Virus record (IMG/VR): IMGVR_UViG_3300010037_000001
Span: 1-41,044 of that record
Reading direction: 5' to 3' (one strand)
From: a virus
Length of the DNA: 41,044 bases
The notes beneath the pieces are model-generated. The model did not search any database. It was not told the DNA's origin and was given only the letters and a program-made list of their open reading frames with translations. The translations under genes were made by a program, and so were the position numbers. Of this stretch, positions 18,879-26,665 are shown piece after piece; position 1 is the stretch's first letter, and every line of letters starts with the position of its first letter.

Positions 18879-18904
18879 AAAAAAAAGTGACTGGATACTC
18901 ACTC
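18879..18904 (-). terminator. Weak intrinsic-terminator-like hairpin between the portal block and the scaffold/capsid block
   Basis: Minus-strand RNA reads AGUGA-GUAUCCAG-UCACU followed by U7 (plus-strand A-run 18879-18885). The stem is only 5 bp. Confidence 0.3.
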
Positions 18905-18940
18905 TGCGTTTATATACTAATATGTCAAAGAGACGGAACT

Positions 18941-19333
18941 CTATCGACCTTCCATCCCCTCGACTCTACCTGGTTTAATTTTCCCTGACTCGTTCCTTAA
19001 ATCTTGACTTGTGACATAGTACCAAAAATCTTTTACTTTCTGAAGTTTATTATCTTTTTTCTCTTTACGCAAATAATCTTCTTTAATTTTCTGAAAATCT
19101 CTTAAAACTGACATGGACCAGTGAATATGATCTTGGTGTTTTGGGAGATCTTCTTTCTTACACTTAGCCATTTCTCGACTTGTTGCGTTCATTTTTATGT
19201 AGAAGTATTTCTTGATTATTTTCCAAACCTCAGGGAACTTAACCATAAAATCCGTAATCGTTCCACGTTCTTCTTCTGACAATAAAATATCTTCTGGTTG
19301 ACCAAACAATTTTTCAAATTTTTCCTTTATCAT
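18941..19333 (-). CDS. Hypothetical protein
   Basis: 130-aa ORF. Its start overlaps the portal stop as ATGA. Confidence 0.7.
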   Translation of the reverse strand: MIKEKFEKLFGQPEDILLSEEERGTITDFMVKFPEVWKIIKKYFYIKMNATSREMAKCKKEDLPKHQDHIHWSMSVLRDFQKIKEDYLRKEKKDNKLQKVKDFWYYVTSQDLRNESGKIKPGRVEGMEGR

Positions 19334-21438
19334 GGAGTGTGTGCATTAATTAATTCGGCTTTTACTTTTTGTACTGGTTCACTTGTCGCCCCCGCAAGTT
19401 TTGCTGGAGGTGCTGTTGGGGGAACTGGCCCTTGCATAGATGCCCCTCCTCCTTCTTGAGGAGCACCTGGTGGTTGCATACCACCTAAGAGTTTTTTCGC
19501 TTCGGATTGAGCCGTTTGATCGCCTTGATCAGTTTCTCCAGTAGTATCAAAAGCTTTTTGCCTATCATAACCATACGCATCCACAAGTTTTTGTAAGCCA
19601 TATTTGAGTGATAAAATAGGTTTAGGTTGTCCTTCTGGTCCTGGTTCCATTGCGCTTCCTGCTACTTCAACATAATCTTTCGCATTTGCTTTTTCAAGTT
19701 CTCTTGAAGCTGCAAAAGTACTTTCCGAAACAACTCGAACAGTTAATTTACCCTTAGATTTAATATAAGCTGGCCTTGCCTGGAAAAACCCAATCTCTTC
19801 TTCGCCTTTTTTCGACATAGTGAGAGATTCACGTGTATATTCACCTTTAGAATTTGGTTTTTCACGAAAATCCATACCTTTGACACGAATTCTACGATAT
19901 TCTACTTTCTTTTCTTTCATTAAAGCTTCTATTTGTTCTGGAGACATTTCTTCCATACCGGCTAAATGTTTGATTAAAGGCTCTGGATAATATTGCTGGA
20001 CTAATTCCATCAACAACCAACCAAGACGTTTATAGCCACGGTTTTCGTTGCGCTTAACGTTCAAATTTAAACGACCTTGAGTAATTTCTCTTCGAATAGC
20101 TGCTACTGTTGCCTGAGTACTTGTATTCATATCAGTGATTTGTCTGAAATCTACACCAGTAGCAAAAATTAGATAATCCATGAGCATACTGATAATTTTA
20201 TCGGTAGATCCGGACATCCCTGGTAGTTCAACATGCACAAAAGCGTCTTTTGGACTTGAGACACGAGTGACTTGGTTCGGACTTAGAATAGTGGCTGTAT
20301 CATCAAACTCAGAATTACTATTATCAAGAAGATTAATCCCTGATCCTGCTTTCTTTTCTTTATCAATTGCGATATTCACAAAAGCATTTATAGCATCACA
20401 AATATTCGCGATACGTTGAGGCTCTCCTTCTCCCACATAAGTATTGAATTGTAGACGATCAATGTAATCAACAAAAGGAAGCTCTTTATGTTTATAAGGG
20501 TTTGCGCCGTGATAGATAATAACTCCATTTGCAATCATCAGGACTTCATCTCTCATCACATTCCAATCCTCAAATACTACCACTTGGTCACTATCATCAG
20601 CCAGAAAGTCTTTATGAATTACTTGGTTATCTATCCCCACAGTTAGCCATTTACCTTTCTGAACTTTATCAATGTTTTTAAAAATTGCTGTGTCTGAAAA
20701 GTATTCAAGAAAAGATCCATAATCGTGTCTTTTTCTCCATTTAAAATATGGAGAATCAGAAACAGTTCGAGATAATGGATGAAGCCAATAATCATCAGGA
20801 TAAATATTCTCTACACAAATATCATCATAAAAAAGAACCTGTTCTGCTTTTGGAAGATCAATATCATACTCAGTATCTTCTGTTTTTTTTGATTCTCTTT
20901 CCTTCTTAGTATCAACCTCACTCACTCCTTCAACTTCTTTCTTGTCTTTATTGGGCATTTTTTCATTTCTTTCAACCCGGTAGACAGTCTTCCAGCCAAT
21001 ATACTGAGCCATATTACCCATTATATCTTTCTCAAAATTCAGGATATCAAACTTATAATCGAGATCCACATACTTTAAATTCCACACATGTTTTTTAACG
21101 ATCTCGTCCATATTTCGAGCGATCACCATATCCTCCTCATACTCAAGAGGCTCATAATTAAAACTTGGAGGAGCTTTCATTTCAGTGGCTCCTTTTGATT
21201 CTATAATCCATTTTACAATAGGAAGTACTACTCCTGATCTACCATCCTCATAAACAAAAGGACGAGCTTCATATCTTTCGATATTTTCTCGCCATTGCTC
21301 TTCATATTGTGACCGAAAACGAATAGCCGTATTCATTTCATCGTCAAACCGCTTTAAAAGATTACGCTCCTGTTCATTCGGTTGCCATAATTTATTATCT
21401 GGTTTTTTGCCAAGTTGGAGATCTTTTACTTCTAGCAA
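19330..21438 (-). CDS. Portal protein
   Basis: 702 aa, immediately after TerL. The acidic/aromatic N-terminal region (RFRSQYEEQWRENIERYEARPF) is typical of portals. The first in-frame ATG is codon 34, so a TTG start at 21438 is implied. Confidence 0.85.
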   Translation of the reverse strand: MLEVKDLQLGKKPDNKLWQPNEQERNLLKRFDDEMNTAIRFRSQYEEQWRENIERYEARPFVYEDGRSGVVLPIVKWIIESKGATEMKAPPSFNYEPLEYEEDMVIARNMDEIVKKHVWNLKYVDLDYKFDILNFEKDIMGNMAQYIGWKTVYRVERNEKMPNKDKKEVEGVSEVDTKKERESKKTEDTEYDIDLPKAEQVLFYDDICVENIYPDDYWLHPLSRTVSDSPYFKWRKRHDYGSFLEYFSDTAIFKNIDKVQKGKWLTVGIDNQVIHKDFLADDSDQVVVFEDWNVMRDEVLMIANGVIIYHGANPYKHKELPFVDYIDRLQFNTYVGEGEPQRIANICDAINAFVNIAIDKEKKAGSGINLLDNSNSEFDDTATILSPNQVTRVSSPKDAFVHVELPGMSGSTDKIISMLMDYLIFATGVDFRQITDMNTSTQATVAAIRREITQGRLNLNVKRNENRGYKRLGWLLMELVQQYYPEPLIKHLAGMEEMSPEQIEALMKEKKVEYRRIRVKGMDFREKPNSKGEYTRESLTMSKKGEEEIGFFQARPAYIKSKGKLTVRVVSESTFAASRELEKANAKDYVEVAGSAMEPGPEGQPKPILSLKYGLQKLVDAYGYDRQKAFDTTGETDQGDQTAQSEAKKLLGGMQPPGAPQEGGGASMQGPVPPTAPPAKLAGATSEPVQKVKAELINAHTP

Positions 21439-23078
21439 GCTGTTCGATATAAAGGAGTAGATTTTTTCTGGATCTTTCTTTCTAAATCTTCCATCCTTTT
21501 TTCGAATTTACTTGAGTCCTGAGGTAGAACCGTTGGTTTCTTTGGCCCACTTGCAGGTTCATTTACCGCAAAATATTCTAAAGCTGTGCGATAATGAGAA
21601 GTCCAATCATGAATTGGTTTATTGTTTGGAGTTGTCGCTTGACTATCTTCCTTTCGCTGTGGTAATCGAGCATTTTCTAGGGCGTCGATGAAATCATATA
21701 AGTTTTTGTGAACTACCAATCTTCTAATCAAGAGTTTAGTTGCATTTACCCTTGTTTTCAAGTCAAATTTTTTCCGGTTCACAATTACGTAAATTCCATG
21801 AGGCTGAAGCTGCTTGATAACTGAAGTCATTGAGGTTTGATTTTTGTTTTCTCCTGTAGGATCCCCAAAATGTATCGCTGGCTGCCAAAGCCTGTGACGA
21901 TTAATCATCTCAAGCTCCATTTCATCATACTTATAATTAAAACCACCAAAAGATTTGATTTCCCCAGTAACAAAAGGAACAAAATAATCAATAGCTTTAT
22001 TTGGCTTTTGATAGGCATCAATAATCCTCACAGTTCCGGTTCGTTTATCAATCTGGAACCAAATAAGTGCGGTTGGATCCGTGCCTCCAAAATCCCAAGA
22101 GACATAAAGGGGTTGAGTTGGATCATACTCCTGAACCTCAAGATAATTTCTTTCACAAAACTCATCATAAACACGCCCTCGAAGAGATTTGTTATAATTA
22201 ATATCTAGTTCCTGAGCTACTTCTTCCTCAGTACGTCTCTCACATTCAAGTCGATACCACTCAGCATCTTTTTTGGGATGCAGTTTCCAGTGAAGAGTTT
22301 GTTTTTTAATTCGGCTCTTGAGTGCCAGTTCTGCAAACTTATTACCTTTTCCGTTTACAGTTGAAGTTGGTATCCGGCATTTAGTTGAGTCTCCCATTGA
22401 ATTCCACGCTGAACGACCGTGAGACCAAAAAGCGAACTCATCTGGCCAAACTACCTTATACCTTCCTTGCCTTGAGAATCTTTCGGTTGGAGCATAGCCC
22501 ACAATTGAGTTACTTCGGGTTTTATTCGTTAGATTCATATAAGCACGATACTTCTGGGGAAGCATCCATTCTGGTGTATTTTGAATAAAAAAATCCAAAC
22601 GACCAAAATGACTGTCCATACTTTCTTTGGTGTCAATCAGATCTTCGATATACGATCCAATAAGTGCACTGAAACCAGTGTCAAACAGCCAATACCAATA
22701 AAGCACCCCCAGAACCATCCAAGAAACACCCATGTCTCGGGATTTCTCAGTAAGCCCGTCCTCTCCTCCATCAATAAGAGTTTTAAGCCAAGCGACATAA
22801 GCATCTTGGAAAGGATAAGTGATAAAGGGAAGTGTTTTCTCATCTACACGAGGATCGTGAGTCCAAAGGATTGCATTGAAAAAATAAAGCATTCCTTCTA
22901 CTCCTTGACTACATTTTTTCAAAACAAATTCTCTCATAGACTCCTCTTCGCATGCTTGATCCAAAAAATATCTCCATTTTAGATTTTCCAAATAATCTTT
23001 TGGAACAATATTAAATTTTGGATCTATAACGGTTTTTGAAGTATTCAGTGATTTGAGTTGGATCAACGGTTTCGCCAT
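21432..23078 (-). CDS. terL: Terminase large subunit
   Basis: 548 aa. It has a Walker-A-like LTEKSRDMGVSW, a Walker-B-like VVWPDEFAFW, and a nuclease-half acidic motif (YVSWDFGGTDPTALIWFQ). The start overlaps TerS by 68 nt, so the true start is uncertain. Confidence 0.9.
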   Translation of the reverse strand: MAKPLIQLKSLNTSKTVIDPKFNIVPKDYLENLKWRYFLDQACEEESMREFVLKKCSQGVEGMLYFFNAILWTHDPRVDEKTLPFITYPFQDAYVAWLKTLIDGGEDGLTEKSRDMGVSWMVLGVLYWYWLFDTGFSALIGSYIEDLIDTKESMDSHFGRLDFFIQNTPEWMLPQKYRAYMNLTNKTRSNSIVGYAPTERFSRQGRYKVVWPDEFAFWSHGRSAWNSMGDSTKCRIPTSTVNGKGNKFAELALKSRIKKQTLHWKLHPKKDAEWYRLECERRTEEEVAQELDINYNKSLRGRVYDEFCERNYLEVQEYDPTQPLYVSWDFGGTDPTALIWFQIDKRTGTVRIIDAYQKPNKAIDYFVPFVTGEIKSFGGFNYKYDEMELEMINRHRLWQPAIHFGDPTGENKNQTSMTSVIKQLQPHGIYVIVNRKKFDLKTRVNATKLLIRRLVVHKNLYDFIDALENARLPQRKEDSQATTPNNKPIHDWTSHYRTALEYFAVNEPASGPKKPTVLPQDSSKFEKRMEDLERKIQKKSTPLYRTAC

Positions 23079-23499
23079 CTTTTATATTAAAATTGAATTG
23101 TTGATAAGTACTTCCGCCCGGGAGTTCTGGGGGGACAGGAGCTGGCTTAAAAAGCTGAGCCGTTACATGTTTCGTTGCAGAAAACTTGATTCGTTCCATG
23201 TCCATATCTCGAATAATTTCACTTTGTCCATCCTCATTGACAACCTTCTTTTTTGTGTCAACAACCAAATATTCTTTCAAATTCTGCATTCCTTGGAAGA
23301 TAACCATTTCAAGATCTTTGCGAGCTTCTTTGAACCAGTTGTATTGAGGAATATTGTTAGCTGCATTCCTAGGATAACCAGCCTTTACAGCACTATCAGC
23401 AATACAGCTAAAGGTTTCGCTTTCAGGATCAAAATAAAACTTGATGAATAGAGCTTGCCTTGGAGTAATCAGCATTTTGTTTTGCTTTGGTCTGGCCAT
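23011..23499 (-). CDS. terS: Terminase small subunit
   Basis: 162 aa. LITPRQALFIKFYFDPESETF..ADSAVKAGYPRNAAN matches the usual TerS N-terminal HTH pattern. It lies directly upstream of terL. Confidence 0.8.
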   Translation of the reverse strand: MARPKQNKMLITPRQALFIKFYFDPESETFSCIADSAVKAGYPRNAANNIPQYNWFKEARKDLEMVIFQGMQNLKEYLVVDTKKKVVNEDGQSEIIRDMDMERIKFSATKHVTAQLFKPAPVPPELPGGSTYQQFNFNIKDGETVDPTQITEYFKNRYRSKI

Positions 23500-23507
23500 G
23501 TTTATAA

Positions 23508-23747
23508 TTAATTCGTTTCTCCAATACCGTTTTCTGCTTCTTTGGAAAACAAAGAGTGTAAAGCAAATAATGAATTGTTTGTTTTCTCAGCAATAAGAAC
23601 AGCAAACTCTTCTCCTGACATAGATTCTAATTTTGATATCCATTCACGATACTCAGCACATTGTTCTTGTTGCTTCTTCTCACGATGCTCTAATTCTTGC
23701 TTCACTTTTGCAACAAAATTTTCTTTAGATTGATTTAAAGTTTCCAT
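23508..23747 (-). CDS. Hypothetical helical protein
   Basis: I prefer the ATG at 23747 (METLNQSKENF...). The longer track ORF uses a TTG start at 23792. Confidence 0.6.
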   Translation of the reverse strand: METLNQSKENFVAKVKQELEHREKKQQEQCAEYREWISKLESMSGEEFAVLIAEKTNNSLFALHSLFSKEAENGIGETN

Positions 23748-23837
23748 TAGAAATGAGTTAAAAGAATTACTCCGACAATAAAAAACGAACAACTATCGTA
23801 TTCAATTCCTATAAGTAAAAAAAGGAAGCCAAGAAGC

Positions 23838-24059
23838 TTAAGCATTTTGAAGAACCAATACGTTGATTGCGTTTAATCCCTTCTCATTCTCTTCAAGAGT
23901 AAACTCTACCTCATCACCTTCTTCAAGTTGATTAAAAAATACTCCTTTTGCGAGTCCCCGAGCATGAAAAAAAATATCTTTATCACTTTCTTCGGTCTCA
24001 ATAAACCCAAAACCTTTATCTGTAATTCTTTTGATCTTACCTCGCATTGTTTGTGACAT
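23838..24059 (-). CDS. Cold-shock-domain protein (CspA family)
   Basis: 73 aa. GKIKRITDKGFGFIETEESDKDIFFHARGL contains the RNP1-like KGFGFI and RNP2-like IFFH motifs. Confidence 0.85.
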   Translation of the reverse strand: MSQTMRGKIKRITDKGFGFIETEESDKDIFFHARGLAKGVFFNQLEEGDEVEFTLEENEKGLNAINVLVLQNA

Positions 24060-24082
24060 CCTTTGAAAAGTTAAAAAATAGT

Positions 24083-24454
24083 TTATTCATTTGATTTAGG
24101 AATCTCAACCCCCGTACTTACTCGTGTCATCTTTTCACCTGGGTTTTTTGGAGGAATTGGTTCGTGTGGTGGTGTTTCTTCAGTCTTTGCTTTTAATTCT
24201 TTCAAGTCTTCTAAAAGAATCTCAACCTTCTTAATCACATCAGGAAGTTCATCAAAGCTCAATTCTTCCAGTTTAAGGCCTGATAATTGATTTGTTGTGA
24301 ATTGGAGAAGCTCTGATTTACTTTTATCCATTAACTGCTCTGCGTTCCTTAAGTGCATCCGAGTAAGTATAAATTCTCCGATAAACTGAATTGGAGTTGT
24401 AAACTGATACGCTACCTTCCGAACATCGTGATTTACCAAAAAGTTTCCGATCAT
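24083..24454 (-). CDS. Hypothetical protein (first gene after the leader terminator)
   Basis: 123-aa ORF with ATG at 24454. Confidence 0.7.
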   Translation of the reverse strand: MIGNFLVNHDVRKVAYQFTTPIQFIGEFILTRMHLRNAEQLMDKSKSELLQFTTNQLSGLKLEELSFDELPDVIKKVEILLEDLKELKAKTEETPPHEPIPPKNPGEKMTRVSTGVEIPKSNE

Positions 24455-24472
24455 GTTTTATGATTAAGCAAT

Positions 24473-24496
24473 AAAAAATCCCCGAAACTCGGAGAT
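24473..24496 (-). terminator. Rho-independent terminator in the leader of the late operon
   Basis: Minus-strand RNA reads AUCUCCG-AGUUU-CGGGGAU followed by UUUUU. Pair 24481/24493 is G.U on minus-strand RNA but C.A on the plus strand, so the element is strand-specific. Confidence 0.65.
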
Positions 24497-24558
24497 TAGG
24501 ACTTTGAATTTTGGGGATTGTATATTCACCTTTCGAGCGATCTTATGTAATTAACCTG

Positions 24559-24586
24559 ATTATAACATCGAAAAGATGAAACTCAA
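24559..24586 (-). promoter_or_regulatory. Sigma-70-like promoter upstream of the leader terminator
   Basis: Minus strand reads TTGAGT (24586-24581), 16-nt spacer, TATAAT (24564-24559). Confidence 0.55.
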
Positions 24587-24726
24587 GGTCTTTTTGTTAA
24601 TCGGTAAATAACACCAACAATAGCAATCACTAAAAGAAGATTAATTAGGGAGATTGTTGGAAAATAAGTAATACCGCCAAACCAAGAGAGTAAAATAAGA
24701 ATAAGGATGATATCAATAAGAGACAT
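24583..24726 (-). CDS. Small two-TM membrane protein (lmo0937-family-like), 47 aa, not in the track
   Basis: Translation is MSLIDIILILILLSWFGGITYFPTISLINLLLVIAIVGVIYRLTKRP. Its T-ending codons (CTT, ATT, GGT, GTT) match the usage I read in the capsid gene. It overlaps the track ORF 24645-24833 in another frame. Confidence 0.5.
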   Translation of the reverse strand: MSLIDIILILILLSWFGGITYFPTISLINLLLVIAIVGVIYRLTKRP

Positions 24727-24853
24727 AATTTTATTGGGCTAATATTGTAAAATATACTTTTATTACCAATTTTCTCGAGTTTTACCTTTTTTTCTTTCAA
24801 TCCGAATTGTAAGTTATGGCTTAATGTTCTCATTTGACAGACAGGTTATAGAA

Positions 24854-25669
24854 TTATTTTATAATTCTTTCCTTGAATGGTCTGTTTGAGGTCGTAGCTT
24901 TTATCTTGGAAAGATTGTCGAGGATGCTAGCTACATGCCGCGCCTGAGCATCTTTAGCAAACATTTGCTGACGAGAGTTACCTGATAGAGCATATTGAGA
25001 CTTAGCTTGCTTCTCTTGTTCATCCAGTTGATTCATTTCATTTTGAGTATTTGGTTTGAGGATATTACCTGAAACATCCCTTTTCTCCTTCATTGCACCA
25101 AGTTGTTTTCTCCGATCTGTAATTTCTGTGAGTCTTTGATTGGCTTGAAGTGATGGGTCCATAAACCCAGAGCCCTGAAACATCGGATTGCTGCCTGCTT
25201 TCTTGAGATAATCTTGGGCGGTGGCATAGGACGAATACTGTCCGTCTCCAGATTTACCGAAATACTTATTGTAAGTATTAGACCTTCCTTCATTGAAGCT
25301 TTGTTCCGCGCTGATAGCTTGCATTACAGCATTCGGAAGCTCAACTGCTTGTCTACCACCCAAATTGATTTCTGATTGTCCTCTAAGGTACTCCGGATTG
25401 CCATTATCCATATAGGCCTCTTTGAAGTTTCTAACGAGTCCTGGACTCATGTATGCGTTCCTTGAGGAGGTAAGCCTATAGTTATTATCCTTGGCTCGGC
25501 TTATAGCTTCTCGGTCAACGTTTCCACCTTTCATGCCTGCCTGGATTGCAGTTTCACGAGCTGCTTGTTCTCGATTAATGGCTCCCATAATACGATCTAG
25601 GTCCGCCGCCGTCATACTTCCTGGAGCTCCGGAAGATGAGGGTTTTAAATAAGGTAAACTTGCCGCCAT
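24854..25669 (-). CDS. Hypothetical Gln/Asn/Ser/Gly-rich protein (leftward unit)
   Basis: 271-aa ORF. It is visibly more GC-rich than its neighbours: I counted about 50% in 25561-25620. Confidence 0.8.
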   Translation of the reverse strand: MAASLPYLKPSSSGAPGSMTAADLDRIMGAINREQAARETAIQAGMKGGNVDREAISRAKDNNYRLTSSRNAYMSPGLVRNFKEAYMDNGNPEYLRGQSEINLGGRQAVELPNAVMQAISAEQSFNEGRSNTYNKYFGKSGDGQYSSYATAQDYLKKAGSNPMFQGSGFMDPSLQANQRLTEITDRRKQLGAMKEKRDVSGNILKPNTQNEMNQLDEQEKQAKSQYALSGNSRQQMFAKDAQARHVASILDNLSKIKATTSNRPFKERIIK

Positions 25670-25732
25670 GATGATTTATGTTATTGATATTTTGGCTTAC
25701 TGCTACGGTAAATTCCATTTTCATTACTTTTT

Positions 25733-25754
25733 GTAGTCACGAAGCATTGACTAC
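25733..25754. promoter_or_regulatory. Inverted repeat (candidate operator) overlapping the -35 of the rightward promoter
   Basis: GTAGTCA (25733-25739), 8-nt spacer, TGACTAC (25748-25754). Confidence 0.4.
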
Positions 25755-25775
25755 GTATCCCCTTTCTGATATACT
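25747..25775 (+). promoter_or_regulatory. Sigma-70-like rightward early promoter
   Basis: TTGACT (25747-25752), 17-nt spacer, TATACT (25770-25775). Confidence 0.6.
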
Positions 25776-25858
25776 GGCTTCAGAGTTAAACATTCTAGCC
25801 GATAGGCAAATAAAGAATACGATTTAATTCAAACCTACTTACTTTACCAAACCCTACC

Positions 25859-26047
25859 ATGAGAAAAAGATTTTTCCAAAATAATTCTGAAGGATTGCTT
25901 TCATCCAAAAATGTTCGATCTTACTTGATCGAGTGTTTAGAGTACAATCAAGCTGAACTTGAGGGTCTTGGTTATGAAGATTTACTTGAACGTGTTGATA
26001 GTAGAAATTCTCTCAACGAGTATTGTTTAGCTGCGACACTTGCATGA
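25859..26047 (+). CDS. Hypothetical protein
   Basis: 62-aa ORF, the first gene downstream of the rightward promoter. Confidence 0.6.
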   Translation: MRKRFFQNNSEGLLSSKNVRSYLIECLEYNQAELEGLGYEDLLERVDSRNSLNEYCLAATLA

Positions 26048-26148
26048 AAGACAAAATATTTTACAATTTAGTTTTCTTCTTATTTACCTTCCTTAGCTTT
26101 TGGGTACTGGTTGTACTTCCAATTGCTATCGCTCAAATCTTAACTTAA
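26044..26148 (+). CDS. Small hydrophobic peptide (34 aa, single TM)
   Basis: Its ATG overlaps the upstream stop as ATGA (26044-26047). Translation is MKDKIFYNLVFFLFTFLSFWVLVVLPIAIAQILT. Confidence 0.4.
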   Translation: MKDKIFYNLVFFLFTFLSFWVLVVLPIAIAQILT

Positions 26149-26152
26149 CCTC

Positions 26153-26404
26153 ATGACTAAGATACAAAAACGCATTAAAGCTCTTAGAATCTTCCTGAAT
26201 CTCAATGAGCAACAATCTCAAAATATCTCTGTGAACGATGATGATGATACTGTCCTTAGATATGATAATCGAGAATACACCGTCATTACCCCAAAAGAAG
26301 ATAATCTGTTCTGGCAACAAATTCCAGAAATATCTGCTCGAGCCTCCTGTATTTCGCAGGTTAGAATTGACTGGCGAAATGTTTTCAGAATCTTGACTGT
26401 TTAA
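26153..26404 (+). CDS. Hypothetical protein
   Basis: 83-aa ORF co-oriented with the early operon. I prefer it to the antisense 116-aa ORF 26126-26476. Confidence 0.45.
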   Translation: MTKIQKRIKALRIFLNLNEQQSQNISVNDDDDTVLRYDNREYTVITPKEDNLFWQQIPEISARASCISQVRIDWRNVFRILTV

Positions 26405-26469
26405 CGATTTGTTGTCCTTAAAAAAGCAGTCAGAAAAGCTCAAAATTATTCTATCAAAAATTCTCTGAT

Positions 26470-26628
26470 ATGACAACCATAAAAAAACTAACTCAAGAGC
26501 AAATTATTATTGGTATACTGTCACATTTTAATGATTTGGAATTTGTGGAAAGAGTAAACGACATAACATATCACCAAAAGGTCAAACTTAAGAAACACAA
26601 AATTATTGGAGAAACAAACAGTTTGTGA
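26470..26628 (+). CDS. Hypothetical 52-aa protein
   Basis: Translation is MTTIKKLTQEQIIIGILSHFNDLEFVERVNDITYHQKVKLKKHKIIGETNSL. It is below the track cut-off. Confidence 0.4.
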   Translation: MTTIKKLTQEQIIIGILSHFNDLEFVERVNDITYHQKVKLKKHKIIGETNSL

Positions 26629-26665
26629 TATTTTTTATTTAGTTTTTCTAGGACTGGTCTTAAAT

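Noticed and set aside
18905-18940. A consensus -35 box, TTGACA (minus strand), upstream of the scaffold/capsid block.
   Set aside because: No acceptable -10 lies 16-18 nt downstream. TATATA is only 7 nt away, so I do not call a promoter.
7751-23733. Other nested or antisense track ORFs (7751-7945, 9305-9496, 11103-11501, 11622-11813, 12914-13177, 13960-14163, 15317-15514, 17128-17394, 17192-17419, 18095-18370, 18624-18809, 20180-20419, 21837-22208, 22385-22982, 23053-23451 and 23542-23733).
   Set aside because: Same reasoning. They lie within capsid, portal, terminase or tail genes and have no independent support.
23818-23840. Possible terminator after the csp gene (AAGC..GCUU followed by a U-run on the minus strand).
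   Set aside because: The stem is only 4 bp, too weak to call.
24645-24833. Track ORF of 62 aa on the minus strand.
   Set aside because: Its hydrophobic tail is the out-of-frame shadow of the 47-aa two-TM ORF (24583-24726), which has genome-typical codon usage and a recognisable family pattern.
26126-26476. Track ORF of 116 aa on the minus strand.
   Set aside because: It is antisense to a tightly packed series of plus-strand early ORFs downstream of the 25747 promoter. It has no promoter or partner genes on that strand.
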